A stretch of 64,000 nt of DNA from Candidatus Pacearchaeota archaeon (GCA_050124795.1 JASFEO010000003.1:15622-79621); one strand, 5' to 3'; shown: positions 9,210-19,235, counted from the first letter of the stretch. The notes: generated from the sequence alone by a model not told the origin. Program-made: numbers and translations.

Positions 9210-9935
9210 ATGGATATGCCAACAGATATGCAGCACCAGGCAATGGGTTATGACAGAACAGCGACGATGTTTTCCCCTGAGGGAACAATTTTGCAGGTTG
9301 AGTATGCGCAAAAAACTGTGAGACTTGGAGCGTCAAGTGTTGGGATGGTTTGTTCTGATGGCGCAATAATTATTGCTGACAAAAGAATTACTGATAAACT
9401 TGTTACACTTGAATCAACTTACAGAATTTATGAAATTGATTCTCACATTATTGCGAGCGCTGCAGGAATTGTTTCAGATGCAAGGGTTTTAATTGAAAGA
9501 GCGCAGGTCCAGGCACAGCAGCACAGGGTTACTTATGATTCGCCAATTGAACCGGAATTAATTATTAAGGATATTTCAAATGTAAAACAGCAGTTCAGCC
9601 AATACGGAGGAGCAAGGCCTTTCGGGGTTTCATTAATGGTTGCAGGAATTAACGGAAGTAAAGCAGAACTTTTCACAAGCGACATTACTGGAAATTATTT
9701 GTCCTATCATGCAAATGCAATCGGGGAAAACGACGAGAAGATAAAAGAAAAGTTAAGGGAAAAGTATAAACAAGATTTGACAATGAAGAAAGGTGCTAAG
9801 TTAATTATTGATATTTTAAAGGAAATGCAAGGGACAAAGTTTGACTTGAACAGGCTGGAACTTGCATATTTAGAAAAACAAAATGCAAGGTTAAAAAGAA
9901 TTGAGGGAGAAAAAATTAAGGAGTTTGTAAAGTGA
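9210..9935 (+). CDS. psmA: proteasome subunit alpha
   Basis: GYDRTATMFSPEG..QVEYA; GGARPFGVSL. Confidence 0.97.
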   Translation: MDMPTDMQHQAMGYDRTATMFSPEGTILQVEYAQKTVRLGASSVGMVCSDGAIIIADKRITDKLVTLESTYRIYEIDSHIIASAAGIVSDARVLIERAQVQAQQHRVTYDSPIEPELIIKDISNVKQQFSQYGGARPFGVSLMVAGINGSKAELFTSDITGNYLSYHANAIGENDEKIKEKLREKYKQDLTMKKGAKLIIDILKEMQGTKFDLNRLELAYLEKQNARLKRIEGEKIKEFVK

Positions 9936-9939
9936 GATT

Positions 9940-10239
9940 ATGGTAAATTTAGATCATGGAATTAGTAGTGAACCAATTGAACCAAAGGAGTATAATTTTA
10001 AAAAGAAGATAATTACTTCATTAGTCGTCCTTGGAACTTATGTTGCAATGGCAAGTAATTCTACTTTCTTCTTTACTTTAGACCGTTTGATAAAAGAACA
10101 TTCAAGAGAGGAGATAAATATAGAGGTTAATTCTGAGGATTCTGTTTTAAGGGGTTTTGCAAAGTATTCGATGTTTATCCCGGGAAAATTAGGGAAAAAT
10201 CTAGCATATTATGTTTTTGACAAGGAGGACAGAAATTAA
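9940..10239 (+). CDS. hypothetical protein with one hydrophobic segment (operon insert)
   Basis: ORF between psmA and SBDS. Confidence 0.65.
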   Translation: MVNLDHGISSEPIEPKEYNFKKKIITSLVVLGTYVAMASNSTFFFTLDRLIKEHSREEINIEVNSEDSVLRGFAKYSMFIPGKLGKNLAYYVFDKEDRN

Positions 10240-10240
10240 A

Positions 10241-10561
10241 ATGAAATTTTTAGGATTAGATTTTTATTGGGATAATTTTGGAATTGAAACTCCCAGTGGA
10301 GAAGCAATGATATTTTTTCCTTTTCCAAATATGCGAAGATATGAAGAGATTGTTATTACTTCGACTAAAAAAGAAAGTGGAAAAATTAAACATAAATCCA
10401 AACTAAAATATAGGTTTAAATCTCACAGAGACCCTTTATCAGTTGGTTTAGCAAGAGAGGTTTCTGCAAAACAATTATGTGAAAATAATTGGGGATTTTT
10501 ACAAGACAAAAATATAGGAGAAAAAGTAACTTCGCAAGAATACTTATTTAGTAAATATTAA
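10241..10561 (+). CDS. hypothetical protein (operon insert)
   Basis: GGAGG upstream; TAAAATG junctions at both ends. Confidence 0.65.
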   Translation: MKFLGLDFYWDNFGIETPSGEAMIFFPFPNMRRYEEIVITSTKKESGKIKHKSKLKYRFKSHRDPLSVGLAREVSAKQLCENNWGFLQDKNIGEKVTSQEYLFSKY

Positions 10562-10562
10562 A

Positions 10563-11234
10563 ATGACATCAACTATTGCAAGAATAAGAAAATCAGGATT
10601 GAATTTTGAAATCAGGGTTGACTTGGATGATGCATTAAAACTAAAAAAAGATGAAGTTTCAGCAATTGATGTTGGGGGGGATAAGGTTTTTTCTGATATA
10701 AAAAAAGGTTTTGTTGCAGGAAATTCTGATTTGGAACTTGCATTCGGGACAACTGATATTCATGAGATTGCAAAGAGGATAATTAAGGAAGGTGAAGTGC
10801 AGACGACTCAGGAACATAGAGACGAGGAAAGAGAAAAAAAGGTAAGGCAGGTTGTGAATTTTTTGGCTGCCAATGCAATCGACCCTCAGACGAAAAATCC
10901 TGTTTCACAGTCGAGAATTGAAAGCGCATTAAAGGACGCGCATGTTAATATTAAGAATGTTCCAGTTGAAAATCAGATTAAGGAAATTGTCGAAGCAGTC
11001 TCAAAGGTTATCCCAATAAAATTAGAAATGAAAAAGGTGAAAATCACAATTCCTGCAATGCACACTGGTCGGGCTTATGGAGTTGTTTCACAATATAAGG
11101 AAAAAGAAAACTGGCTTGACAATGGAAATTTGGAAGTAGTGGTTTCTGTTCCAGCGGGGATAATTATGGATTTTTATGATAAATTAAATAATGTAACACA
11201 CGGCAGTGCAATTACTGAAGAGGTTAATGATTAA
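10563..11234 (+). CDS. ribosome maturation factor SBDS/Sdo1
   Basis: ARI..FEI.VD; AFGTTD..EIAKRIIKEGEVQ; IDPQTKNP. Confidence 0.95.
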   Translation: MTSTIARIRKSGLNFEIRVDLDDALKLKKDEVSAIDVGGDKVFSDIKKGFVAGNSDLELAFGTTDIHEIAKRIIKEGEVQTTQEHRDEEREKKVRQVVNFLAANAIDPQTKNPVSQSRIESALKDAHVNIKNVPVENQIKEIVEAVSKVIPIKLEMKKVKITIPAMHTGRAYGVVSQYKEKENWLDNGNLEVVVSVPAGIIMDFYDKLNNVTHGSAITEEVND

Positions 11235-11235
11235 A

Positions 11236-11403
11236 ATGCCAGACTCAAAATATTTTAGACCTGAACCTATCGATGTTCCGCAAAGAGAAGAGGACAATTA
11301 TGTCGAAAAAGAGACTCCTTCTGATAAACTTTTTTTAGATGAAGATCCTAAAGTAAATGAAGTATTAAGATTTGGAGAATTAAATATAAGGAGAGATTAT
11401 TAA
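11236..11403 (+). CDS. hypothetical protein (operon insert)
   Basis: 55 aa, translationally coupled junctions. Confidence 0.55.
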   Translation: MPDSKYFRPEPIDVPQREEDNYVEKETPSDKLFLDEDPKVNEVLRFGELNIRRDY

Positions 11404-11667
11404 ATGAAACCAGAATATTTTTATAAATTAACTATCTCAAATTTTGATGAAGAAAACAATAGGATAACTTATGAAACAACAGAAGCGATAACTTTTAATG
11501 ATCCAACTGACGGCGATGTAGGTTTAGAAGAGTTTTTAAGAAATAATCTTATTGATAGAATAAGGGCAGACCCTTCTGTGTTGCCAATCACCGGGAGATT
11601 AGGATTTCTCAGGAGGGAGCTAATAAACCAACAAACCCAAAACTTTAAAAGACAAATTTATGATTAA
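11404..11667 (+). CDS. hypothetical protein (operon insert)
   Basis: 87 aa, TAAATG junction. Confidence 0.6.
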   Translation: MKPEYFYKLTISNFDEENNRITYETTEAITFNDPTDGDVGLEEFLRNNLIDRIRADPSVLPITGRLGFLRRELINQQTQNFKRQIYD

Positions 11668-11672
11668 TTAAA

Positions 11673-12119
11673 ATGACAAAATATGAAAACACACAAGAAT
11701 TTTTAGACAATCTTTATAGTTGCGTTTTTGAGAGAACAAGGTCTCATTTTGCAGATTTTGGCTTAGCTGAAAGAGAGGATTTTATCGGAGAGTCAAGCAT
11801 ACATGAAATTTCACTTAAACCATCTATCGGGGATTATTCTGTTGAAGTAATAAGAAGCTTGATAGAAAATTGTGCTAATCAAGAAAACTATTCTGAAAAA
11901 GAATTAGACAGCCTATTTTCTGGATTTGATTCAGTGATGTTCACAAATGAGGCAGGTCTTTCTCAAAAACAAGGAAGTCTCATGATATCTTTAGTTAAGA
12001 AAACATTACTTGAAGATATGTTAGAAAATCCTGTTGAAATAGATTTTAACAAAAAATCTTATTGTATTGAAAAAACTAATGAAGGATTATCCGTAACTAA
12101 TCTGGGAGGAAGAAATTAA
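11673..12119 (+). CDS. hypothetical protein (operon insert)
   Basis: 148 aa, starts at TAAAATGACAAA. Confidence 0.65.
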   Translation: MTKYENTQEFLDNLYSCVFERTRSHFADFGLAEREDFIGESSIHEISLKPSIGDYSVEVIRSLIENCANQENYSEKELDSLFSGFDSVMFTNEAGLSQKQGSLMISLVKKTLLEDMLENPVEIDFNKKSYCIEKTNEGLSVTNLGGRN

Positions 12120-12120
12120 A

Positions 12121-12372
12121 ATGACAAATGAAAAATACACTTTAGGAAAAAACTCATGCGATTGTCATCCTGAAACATGCCATTGCGCAGATTATGCAAT
12201 TTACGAGGAAGGGAAAAAATATATCCCAGTTTTTGATAGACCAAAAGGAGAACATATTGTTAATGCTTTAAATCTTCTTGATAAATTGCAAAATCAATCT
12301 CAGGCTTCTGAAGAAAGATTAGACTCACTTGGAAATTGTCGGCGAGGATTAGATAATGGAGGCAAATACTAA
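12121..12372 (+). CDS. hypothetical Cys/His-motif protein (operon insert)
   Basis: CDCHPETCHC motif; starts at TAAAATGACAAAT. Confidence 0.65.
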   Translation: MTNEKYTLGKNSCDCHPETCHCADYAIYEEGKKYIPVFDRPKGEHIVNALNLLDKLQNQSQASEERLDSLGNCRRGLDNGGKY

Positions 12373-13043
12373 TGACAAATAGAAAAGTAGTTATTCCAGG
12401 AGAAGTTATTTCCAGTGGTGATGATTTTTTGCCTGGTGAAGGGACAGAAAAAAAAGACAATGATATTGTTGCATTAAGATTTGGTCTTGCTGAGGAATCA
12501 GGAAAACTTGTAAAAGTAATCCCCTTGTCAGGAGTTTATCAGGCTCGCAGAGGAAATGTTGTAATAGGAAATGTTGAAAATGTGACCTTCAATGGCTGGA
12601 TAATTGATATCGGAGTTCCTGAAACAGCTTTTTTATCTTTAACTGAAGTGCCAATGTATGTTAATAAAAACGGGCTGGATGAAGTCATGGATATCGGCGA
12701 CATGGTTGTTGCAAAAATCTGGAGCATGAATAAAAGAGGAGTTGACTTAAGTATAAAATCAAGAGGGCTTGGAAAAATCGACGAGGGAATAATTGTAAAA
12801 GTAAATCCAAACAAAGTTCCGAGGATAATCGGCAAGGAAGGAAGCATGATAAGTTTAATTAAAGACAAAACAAACTGCAATATCACAGTGGGGCAAAATG
12901 GATTTATCTGGATAAAGGGCGAGAAAGTTGATGAAGAGTTATTTGCAAAAAGAGCGATTAATTTTGTTGCTGAAAAATCTTTTATACAAGGTTTAACAGA
13001 AGAAGTTGAAAAATGGTTTAGTGAAAATGGAGGTAAAAAATAA
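12372..13043 (+). CDS. rrp4: exosome RNA-binding protein Rrp4
   Basis: VVIPGE; S1 domain; KH motif KVPRIIGKEGSMI..VGQNGFIWI. Confidence 0.95.
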   Translation: MTNRKVVIPGEVISSGDDFLPGEGTEKKDNDIVALRFGLAEESGKLVKVIPLSGVYQARRGNVVIGNVENVTFNGWIIDIGVPETAFLSLTEVPMYVNKNGLDEVMDIGDMVVAKIWSMNKRGVDLSIKSRGLGKIDEGIIVKVNPNKVPRIIGKEGSMISLIKDKTNCNITVGQNGFIWIKGEKVDEELFAKRAINFVAEKSFIQGLTEEVEKWFSENGGKK

Positions 13044-13044
13044 A

Positions 13045-13329
13045 ATGACAAATGAAACTGAACTTTTTAAGAGAATAAATGAAGCTTATCCTCGCGGGAA
13101 AATGCTTTCACCAACACCCGCCTATTATGAGATTGTTCTTTCTTCAGGAGAATATAAAATTTTAGCAACTTATGAAAATCTAGATGGAACTAATGAAGAA
13201 GATTGGACCAAAGATGAGATTAGGATAAATAATGTTCCCGAAAGGTTTAAAGAACATTTTATTTTTAGAGATTTTGTAGATAAAAATAAAGAGAAGTTTC
13301 CAGAATTAAAAAAGATATTAATAAATTAA
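13045..13329 (+). CDS. hypothetical protein (operon insert between rrp4 and rrp41)
   Basis: TAAAATGACAAA at both ends. Confidence 0.65.
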   Translation: MTNETELFKRINEAYPRGKMLSPTPAYYEIVLSSGEYKILATYENLDGTNEEDWTKDEIRINNVPERFKEHFIFRDFVDKNKEKFPELKKILIN

Positions 13330-13330
13330 A

Positions 13331-14062
13331 ATGACAAAAGAATTCAAAAGAAAATCAGGAAGAAAGCCAGACGAGTTTAGAACTCCGATTTCAGCAAAAG
13401 TTGGGGTTGTGAAAAGCGCAGATGGCAGTGCTATTTGGCAGCAGGGAAAAACAATTGCAATTGCTTCTGTTTTCGGGCCAAAAAAAATGCACCCGCAGCA
13501 TTTGCAGGATCCTGAAAAAGGGACTCTAAGATGTACTTATAATATGATTAGTTTCTCAGTTACTGACAGAATAAGACCCGGAATTAACAGAAGGTCTACT
13601 GAAATTTCAAAAATAATGGAGTGGGCGCTTGAGCCGGTTTTGTTAATTGACAAATACGCAAACATGGTTATTGATGTTCATGTGAATATTATTCAGGCAG
13701 ATGCAGGAACGCGGTGTGCAGCAATTAATGCAGCAGCAATGGCTTTGGCTCATGCAGGAATTCCAATGAAAAATATTGTTTCAAGTATTGCAGCAGGAAA
13801 ACTTGACAAGACAGTTGTTTTAGATTTAGATAAATACGAAGATTCAGAATTTGAAGAGGGCGAGGGTTCAACTGATATCCCAATGACTTTTACTCCTGAC
13901 GGAAAACTTACACACATTCAGGTTGACGGCAAAATTGATAAAGGGCAATTACTCGAAGCAATTGAAATGGCAAAAGAAGCTGCGAAGGAAATTTATGAAG
14001 TTCAAAAACAGGCTTTAAAAGATTCAGTTAAAAATTCAGATGAAGAAGGAGGAGAAAAATAA
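13331..14062 (+). CDS. rrp41: exosome subunit Rrp41
   Basis: GRKPDEFR, ADGSA, VFGP, RRSTEIS, IIQADAGTRCA. Confidence 0.95.
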   Translation: MTKEFKRKSGRKPDEFRTPISAKVGVVKSADGSAIWQQGKTIAIASVFGPKKMHPQHLQDPEKGTLRCTYNMISFSVTDRIRPGINRRSTEISKIMEWALEPVLLIDKYANMVIDVHVNIIQADAGTRCAAINAAAMALAHAGIPMKNIVSSIAAGKLDKTVVLDLDKYEDSEFEEGEGSTDIPMTFTPDGKLTHIQVDGKIDKGQLLEAIEMAKEAAKEIYEVQKQALKDSVKNSDEEGGEK

Positions 14063-14063
14063 A

Positions 14064-14873
14064 ATGGATAAAGTGCAAACAACATCAGACATAACAGCAG
14101 AAAGAATTGTTAAGTATATGGAAGAAGGCAAACGTTTTGACGGCAGGGGGCTTGATGAATTTAGAGAAATAGAAGTCGAGACAGGTGTTTCAAAAAATGC
14201 AGAGGGCTCAGCAAGGGTTAAAATTGGAAAGACTGAAGTTATTGTTGGTGTTAAAATGGATGTTGCTACGCCTTATCCTGATTCGCCTGATAAAGGGAAC
14301 ATGATGGTGACTGCTGAACTTTTGCCTTTGAGTTCGCCGAGGTTTGAATATGGTCCTCCGAAATTTCCTGCAATTGAATTGGGGAGAGTTATTGACAGAG
14401 GAATTCGTGAATCGCATTTTATTGATTTGGAAAAACTTTGCATTAAGGAAGGGGAGAAAGTCTGGACAGTTTTCATAGATATTTATACAATTAATGACGA
14501 CGGAAATTTGTTTGATGCTGCAGGCTTGGGCGCAATAATTGCTTTGAAAAATGCTCGCGTTCCAAAGTATGATGAAGAAAATGAAAGAGTTTTATATGGA
14601 GAATTAACTGATGAAAATGTTCCTTTAAGCAAGACAACTCCGATTTCAATTACTACTCACAAAATCGACGGCAAATTCATAGTTGACCCGACTCGCGAGG
14701 AAGAAGACATAAGCGAAACACGGATAACAATCGGAAGCACTGACGGCGTTATTTCATCAATGCAAAAAGGAGAAAAAAGCGCATTAACAATTGAGGAATT
14801 TTCAGAAGCACTTGACTTAGTCAATAAAGTGTATAAAGAAATTTTTAAAAAGTTAGAAAAACATTTAAAATAA
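14064..14873 (+). CDS. rrp42: exosome subunit Rrp42
   Basis: RFDGRGLDEFR, AEGSARVKIG, IELGRVIDRGIRES, VDPTREEE. Confidence 0.95.
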   Translation: MDKVQTTSDITAERIVKYMEEGKRFDGRGLDEFREIEVETGVSKNAEGSARVKIGKTEVIVGVKMDVATPYPDSPDKGNMMVTAELLPLSSPRFEYGPPKFPAIELGRVIDRGIRESHFIDLEKLCIKEGEKVWTVFIDIYTINDDGNLFDAAGLGAIIALKNARVPKYDEENERVLYGELTDENVPLSKTTPISITTHKIDGKFIVDPTREEEDISETRITIGSTDGVISSMQKGEKSALTIEEFSEALDLVNKVYKEIFKKLEKHLK

Positions 14874-15245
14874 ATGAAAGCTGAAAATTTTACAAAATAT
14901 GAGCAGGCGAGAATTCTTGGAGCGCGGGCTTTGCAAATTGCAATGAATGCGCCTTTGTTAATTAAGATTGAAAAAGATGATTTAGAGAAAGTAAAGTTTG
15001 ATGCTTTGAAAATTGCAGAAATTGAGTTGAGGTCAAATATTCTGCCGATTTCAATTAAGAAACCTTTTCCCGGAAAAAAACAAGGAGCATTAAAAAGAAT
15101 TCCGGAAGTTAAGTTAACTGAAAAGAAAAAGAAAGCTTTAGAAGAAGAGGAAGAAAAGGATATTTCCTCAGAAGGAGAAATCATGGCTTTGGCAAATCCT
15201 GAGGACGAGCGTGAAGATTCTGATGAAGGAAATAGTGAAGAGTGA
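14874..15245 (+). CDS. rpoK: RNA polymerase subunit K (Rpo6) with acidic tail
   Basis: TKYEQARILGARALQIAMNAP. Confidence 0.95.
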   Translation: MKAENFTKYEQARILGARALQIAMNAPLLIKIEKDDLEKVKFDALKIAEIELRSNILPISIKKPFPGKKQGALKRIPEVKLTEKKKKALEEEEEKDISSEGEIMALANPEDEREDSDEGNSEE

Positions 15246-15272
15246 AAAATTATTTAAATAAATTTAAATGAT

Positions 15273-15764
15273 TCAATCTTCATCTTCAAAAAAACTATCT
15301 AAAGTTGGAATTTTCGGCTCCACTATATCATAAATTTCAATCCCTTTACCATTAATTCTTAATTTTCCCCATTGCTGGACTTGCCCTCCATTTTCTACAT
15401 ATTGAAAAAATTCATTATGAAGTCTTTTGTAAAAATCTTTTTTTGACTTTGGAACTTCTAAAGATTCCTCTAACCAGTTTAATAAAATCTGATTAAATTC
15501 TCCGCGTTTAGAAACTTCTGTTAAATATCTTGAAGAATAATTATGTATCACATCCTCTAAACTTTCTGAAAGGTCTTTTCTATAACCATTTTTTGAAAGA
15601 CTTGAAAATGATTTCCAAAATCTGCCATGAGATAACTCATGAAAACCATCTGAAATGAACGAATTAAAAAGTCCTCTCCAACTATCCTGAACTAATCGAT
15701 ATTTAAAATATTCTCTTCGGTATTCCCCAGCCAACTTCCTGCTTGGGGTAAATTGGTTTTCCAT
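15273..15764 (-). CDS. hypothetical protein between rpoK and eno
   Basis: 163-aa ORF with own TATA-like element. Confidence 0.65.
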   Translation of the reverse strand: MENQFTPSRKLAGEYRREYFKYRLVQDSWRGLFNSFISDGFHELSHGRFWKSFSSLSKNGYRKDLSESLEDVIHNYSSRYLTEVSKRGEFNQILLNWLEESLEVPKSKKDFYKRLHNEFFQYVENGGQVQQWGKLRINGKGIEIYDIVEPKIPTLDSFFEDED

Positions 15765-15863
15765 AAAAATAATTTTTAATTGAACTTAATAAATATTATT
15801 ATACTTTAGACTACATTGCGAAGCATACAAAATCTATATAAACCAGATTTCATTTTGTTCTTT

Positions 15864-17024
15864 ATGGTTGTGATAAAAGGAGTTGATGCCAAGGCAATTC
15901 GTGATTCCCGTCGTGAAAAAACTATTTTTGTTGCAATAAAGACAAATGTTGGGAAATTTTCTGCATCAGCGCCAAATGGAAAGTCAACTGGCAAGAGAGA
16001 AGCGAAAAGTTACAGAAAAGATTTAGAGGGCGACATAAAAACAATAAAAGATTTTAGTGATTATTTTTCAAATGAGCAAATTGAAAAGTTTGATGACCTG
16101 AGAAGAATTGAAGATATTGTCGACAGGCACATTGGAGCAAACACTTTACTGGCGCTTGAATATGCAGTTCTAAAGGCAATTGCAAAAGAACAAAAAAAAG
16201 AAGTCTGGCAACTTATTAATGAAAAGGCAAAAAAATTCCCAAGACCAGTCGGCAACTGCATTGGGGGAGGAGCGCATTCAAACACAGACAAGAAACCTGA
16301 TTTTCAGGAATTTTTATTAATTCCAAATTTAAAAACTTTTAAGGAAAATTATGAATTAAATAAAAAAATAAAATCCAGTGTTGAGACAACTTTGAAGAGG
16401 CTTGACAAAAATTTTAAATCTAAAAAAAATGACGAGAATGCCTGGGTAACGCACTTAAATGAAAAGCAGGTTTTTGAAATCTTAAAGGAGGCAGAAATTC
16501 CAATTGGAACAGATGTTGCGTCTTCAAACTTTTTTAAGAGAAAAAAATATTCATATTTTAATCCGCCTTTGAAGAGAACAGAGGAAGAGCAGTTTGGGTA
16601 TGTTTCTAATTTAATTAAAAATTTTAATTTGTTTTATATTGAAGATGCATTTGGGGAAGAGGATTTTACAGGTTTTGCAAAACTCCTTAAAAAATTTCCT
16701 GAATCATTAATTGTCGGGGATGATTTGACTGTTACAAATTCAAAGAGACTGAAAAAAGCAATTGATGAAAAGGCGATTAATGCAATTATTGTTAAACCAA
16801 ATCAGTGCGGCTCACTTTTGGAAGTTGCAAGAGTTTGCGAAATGGCAAAAGAAAATAATATTAAAACTATTTTCTCGCACAGAAGCGGAGAAACTGACGA
16901 GAGTATTTTAGCTGATTTGGCTTTTGGATTCCAAGCTGATTTTTTTAAATGCGGAATTGACGGCAAAGTTCGTGAAGCAAAACTGAAACGATTGATTGAG
17001 ATTGAGAAGAGTTTGGGAAAATGA
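15864..17024 (+). CDS. eno: enolase (compact, divergent)
   Basis: IRDSR, GGGAH, DFQEF, IVGDDLTVTN, IIVKPNQCG, SHRSGET. Confidence 0.92.
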   Translation: MVVIKGVDAKAIRDSRREKTIFVAIKTNVGKFSASAPNGKSTGKREAKSYRKDLEGDIKTIKDFSDYFSNEQIEKFDDLRRIEDIVDRHIGANTLLALEYAVLKAIAKEQKKEVWQLINEKAKKFPRPVGNCIGGGAHSNTDKKPDFQEFLLIPNLKTFKENYELNKKIKSSVETTLKRLDKNFKSKKNDENAWVTHLNEKQVFEILKEAEIPIGTDVASSNFFKRKKYSYFNPPLKRTEEEQFGYVSNLIKNFNLFYIEDAFGEEDFTGFAKLLKKFPESLIVGDDLTVTNSKRLKKAIDEKAINAIIVKPNQCGSLLEVARVCEMAKENNIKTIFSHRSGETDESILADLAFGFQADFFKCGIDGKVREAKLKRLIEIEKSLGK

Positions 17025-17617
17025 AAAAGTGGGAAAGATTATATTTAGAGGGGAAATTTAAGATAGATAGTTTTGCCCCAAGCAAATTAGTTAAGGGAAT
17101 ATTAAAATACCAAGATAAGTTCGATAATGTTCTGGATATCAGGTGCGGGAACGGAAGAAATTCTGTTTATCTCTCTAAATTCTCAGTGAAGATTGATTCA
17201 ATCGATAAAGTTGATTTGGATTTCTTAAAACAATCTCCAAAAAGTGCAAAAGATAAAATTAGGTTTTATAAGAAAGATATAGAAAAATTTAATTTTGAGA
17301 AAAAGGAATATGATTTAATCCTGATGATAAGAATTATACAGTATATCCCGAAATATAAATTAAAAAAAATTTTTCATAATCTATCAAAAGTATTGAAGAA
17401 GAATGGATTAATCATAATTAGTTATACTCAATCTGGGGGGATTTTTAGCCAGAACCTAAATATAAAAAAGTATAAACATTCAATTGAATTTTTAAAAAAA
17501 TTATTTAGTGAAAATGGATTAAAAACTAAAATGATTAGAAAAGGTTGTGAAAATACTACTCATGTTCCTTATAAATGCAAAGTAAAAACATATGAATTAA
17601 TTTTGATAAAAAAATAA
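17021..17617 (+). CDS. class I SAM-dependent methyltransferase (TehB-like)
   Basis: VLDIRCGNGRN motif I with G to R change; YDLI; LKKNG. Confidence 0.75.
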   Translation: MKKWERLYLEGKFKIDSFAPSKLVKGILKYQDKFDNVLDIRCGNGRNSVYLSKFSVKIDSIDKVDLDFLKQSPKSAKDKIRFYKKDIEKFNFEKKEYDLILMIRIIQYIPKYKLKKIFHNLSKVLKKNGLIIISYTQSGGIFSQNLNIKKYKHSIEFLKKLFSENGLKTKMIRKGCENTTHVPYKCKVKTYELILIKK

Positions 17618-17672
17618 TTAATTGAAAATTCTCAATCCAAATCTTTTTAAACTAAATTTCTTGTTAAGTTAC

Positions 17673-18479
17673 ATGACAAAAGCTAAGGAAGAAAAAGTTT
17701 CAGAAGAATTAAAAAAAGAAGCTGAAAGTGTTGACACTAAAAAAACTGATGAGTTAAAGGAAAAGGAAGAATCTAAATCTTTGGAAGAAAGGAAAAAAGA
17801 ATTACTTGAGAAAGTTGCGAAGTTAAAAGAGAAAGTTGCTTCAGAAGGGCCGAGCACAGACGAATTAAAAGAGCAGGTTAAAATTAAGAAGCGAACTGAT
17901 ATGCTGATTCCCCTTGAGGAATATGTTAAGGCAGGAATTTATCTTGGGACAAAAGTTGTAACTCCTGCAATGAAAAAATATGTTTACCGTAGACGTGCAG
18001 ATGGTTTGGCAATCTTCAATACAAATATAATTGATGAAAAATTAAAAGAAGGAATTGAATACTTGTCAAAATTTAATTCTGAAGATATAATCTTAGTTTG
18101 CAAAAGACCTGCTGGTTGGAAAGCTGCAAAAATGTTTTCTGAACTTACAGGAATAAGAGTTTTCACAAAAAAGTATCCTGCAGGAGTTTTGACAAATACC
18201 AATTTGCCTGATTTTTTTGAAAATGAATTAACAATTGTAACTGATTCATGGCTTGATAAAAATGCTTTGAATGATACAATGAAAGTTCATAAAAATATTT
18301 TAATGATTTGCGACACAAACAATTTTGCAAAAGGTGCAGACCAGATTATTATTGGAAATAACAAAAGCGCGAAATCTCTTGGTGTAATTTTTTATCTTTT
18401 AACGCGCGGTTATCTGAAAGCAAAAGACATGGATACTTCAAAATTGCCTGACCTTGAATGGTGGACAGGTGAAGAGTAA
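17673..18479 (+). CDS. rps2: 30S ribosomal protein S2 with charged N-terminal extension
   Basis: YVKAGIYLGTK..MKKYVYRRRADGL; CDTNN; NNKS. Confidence 0.93.
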   Translation: MTKAKEEKVSEELKKEAESVDTKKTDELKEKEESKSLEERKKELLEKVAKLKEKVASEGPSTDELKEQVKIKKRTDMLIPLEEYVKAGIYLGTKVVTPAMKKYVYRRRADGLAIFNTNIIDEKLKEGIEYLSKFNSEDIILVCKRPAGWKAAKMFSELTGIRVFTKKYPAGVLTNTNLPDFFENELTIVTDSWLDKNALNDTMKVHKNILMICDTNNFAKGADQIIIGNNKSAKSLGVIFYLLTRGYLKAKDMDTSKLPDLEWWTGEE

Positions 18480-18560
18480 AAATCATGAAATGATTTTTAA
18501 TTATATTTTTTAGGGAATAACTTTCACATAATTTTAAAAAGCATTAAGATAAATAATTTT

Positions 18561-18812
18561 ATGGCAAAGCTTGAAAGAATAAAATTTAAATCTTTAGGAC
18601 CTGAGCAAGAGTGTGTTGGGAAATCCTTAATTCATTGGTGCCATGGAAAGAGAATGGAGATTGTAAAAAATGATTATCTCCCGGGGAATGCCCAAGAATT
18701 TTATATCTGCAGAATATGTTATTCAATTGAAATCCCTTATTTTGCTCAGTTATCGGGAAGGAATCCGGAAAACTTTTTTAAAAATTCTAATATCAGTGTT
18801 GTGAAAACATAA
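18561..18812 (+). CDS. hypothetical small Cys-containing protein
   Basis: HWCH..CRIC; upstream TATA-like element. Confidence 0.55.
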   Translation: MAKLERIKFKSLGPEQECVGKSLIHWCHGKRMEIVKNDYLPGNAQEFYICRICYSIEIPYFAQLSGRNPENFFKNSNISVVKT

Positions 18813-18814
18813 TA

Positions 18815-19015
18815 TTATTTTATCACAACCAAAGTATCAAGACTTTTAATACAGTTTCCGCAATCAGGATTTAGTTTTCCTTTGTCTTTTGAAAAAAATT
18901 TTCTATGATACTCGCATCTTGCGCCAAAACTTTTTGGATAAGGAGCATAACCTTTATCAAAATCCCCGCCAAAATTATAATACAGACATCTTGTATTTGT
19001 TTTATTCTTTTTCAT
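18815..19015 (-). CDS. hypothetical Cys-rich protein
   Basis: RC..RCEYH..CGNC; last gene of a minus-strand array. Confidence 0.5.
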   Translation of the reverse strand: MKKNKTNTRCLYYNFGGDFDKGYAPYPKSFGARCEYHRKFFSKDKGKLNPDCGNCIKSLDTLVVIK

Positions 19016-19235
19016 GATATCTCCAAAGATATTTATCAACCCATATTGTTTGGCCATTCCAAAAATTCTCAACTAAATAATCAATTATTTCATCAGGAGT
19101 TCTGTTCTCAAACAAAGAATGATAATACTGATGTTTATTTTTAGGAACATATGCAAGATTTTCTTCGAGGTTTTTTCCCTTGCGTGAAGTCGGGATGATG
19201 TGGTGTTTTGTTTTTCTTTTATTCTTTTTTGTCAT
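19002..19235 (-). CDS. small HNH endonuclease-like protein
   Basis: TKHHIIPTSRKG..NLAYV..KHQYYHSLF. Confidence 0.75.
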   Translation of the reverse strand: MTKKNKRKTKHHIIPTSRKGKNLEENLAYVPKNKHQYYHSLFENRTPDEIIDYLVENFWNGQTIWVDKYLWRYHEKE

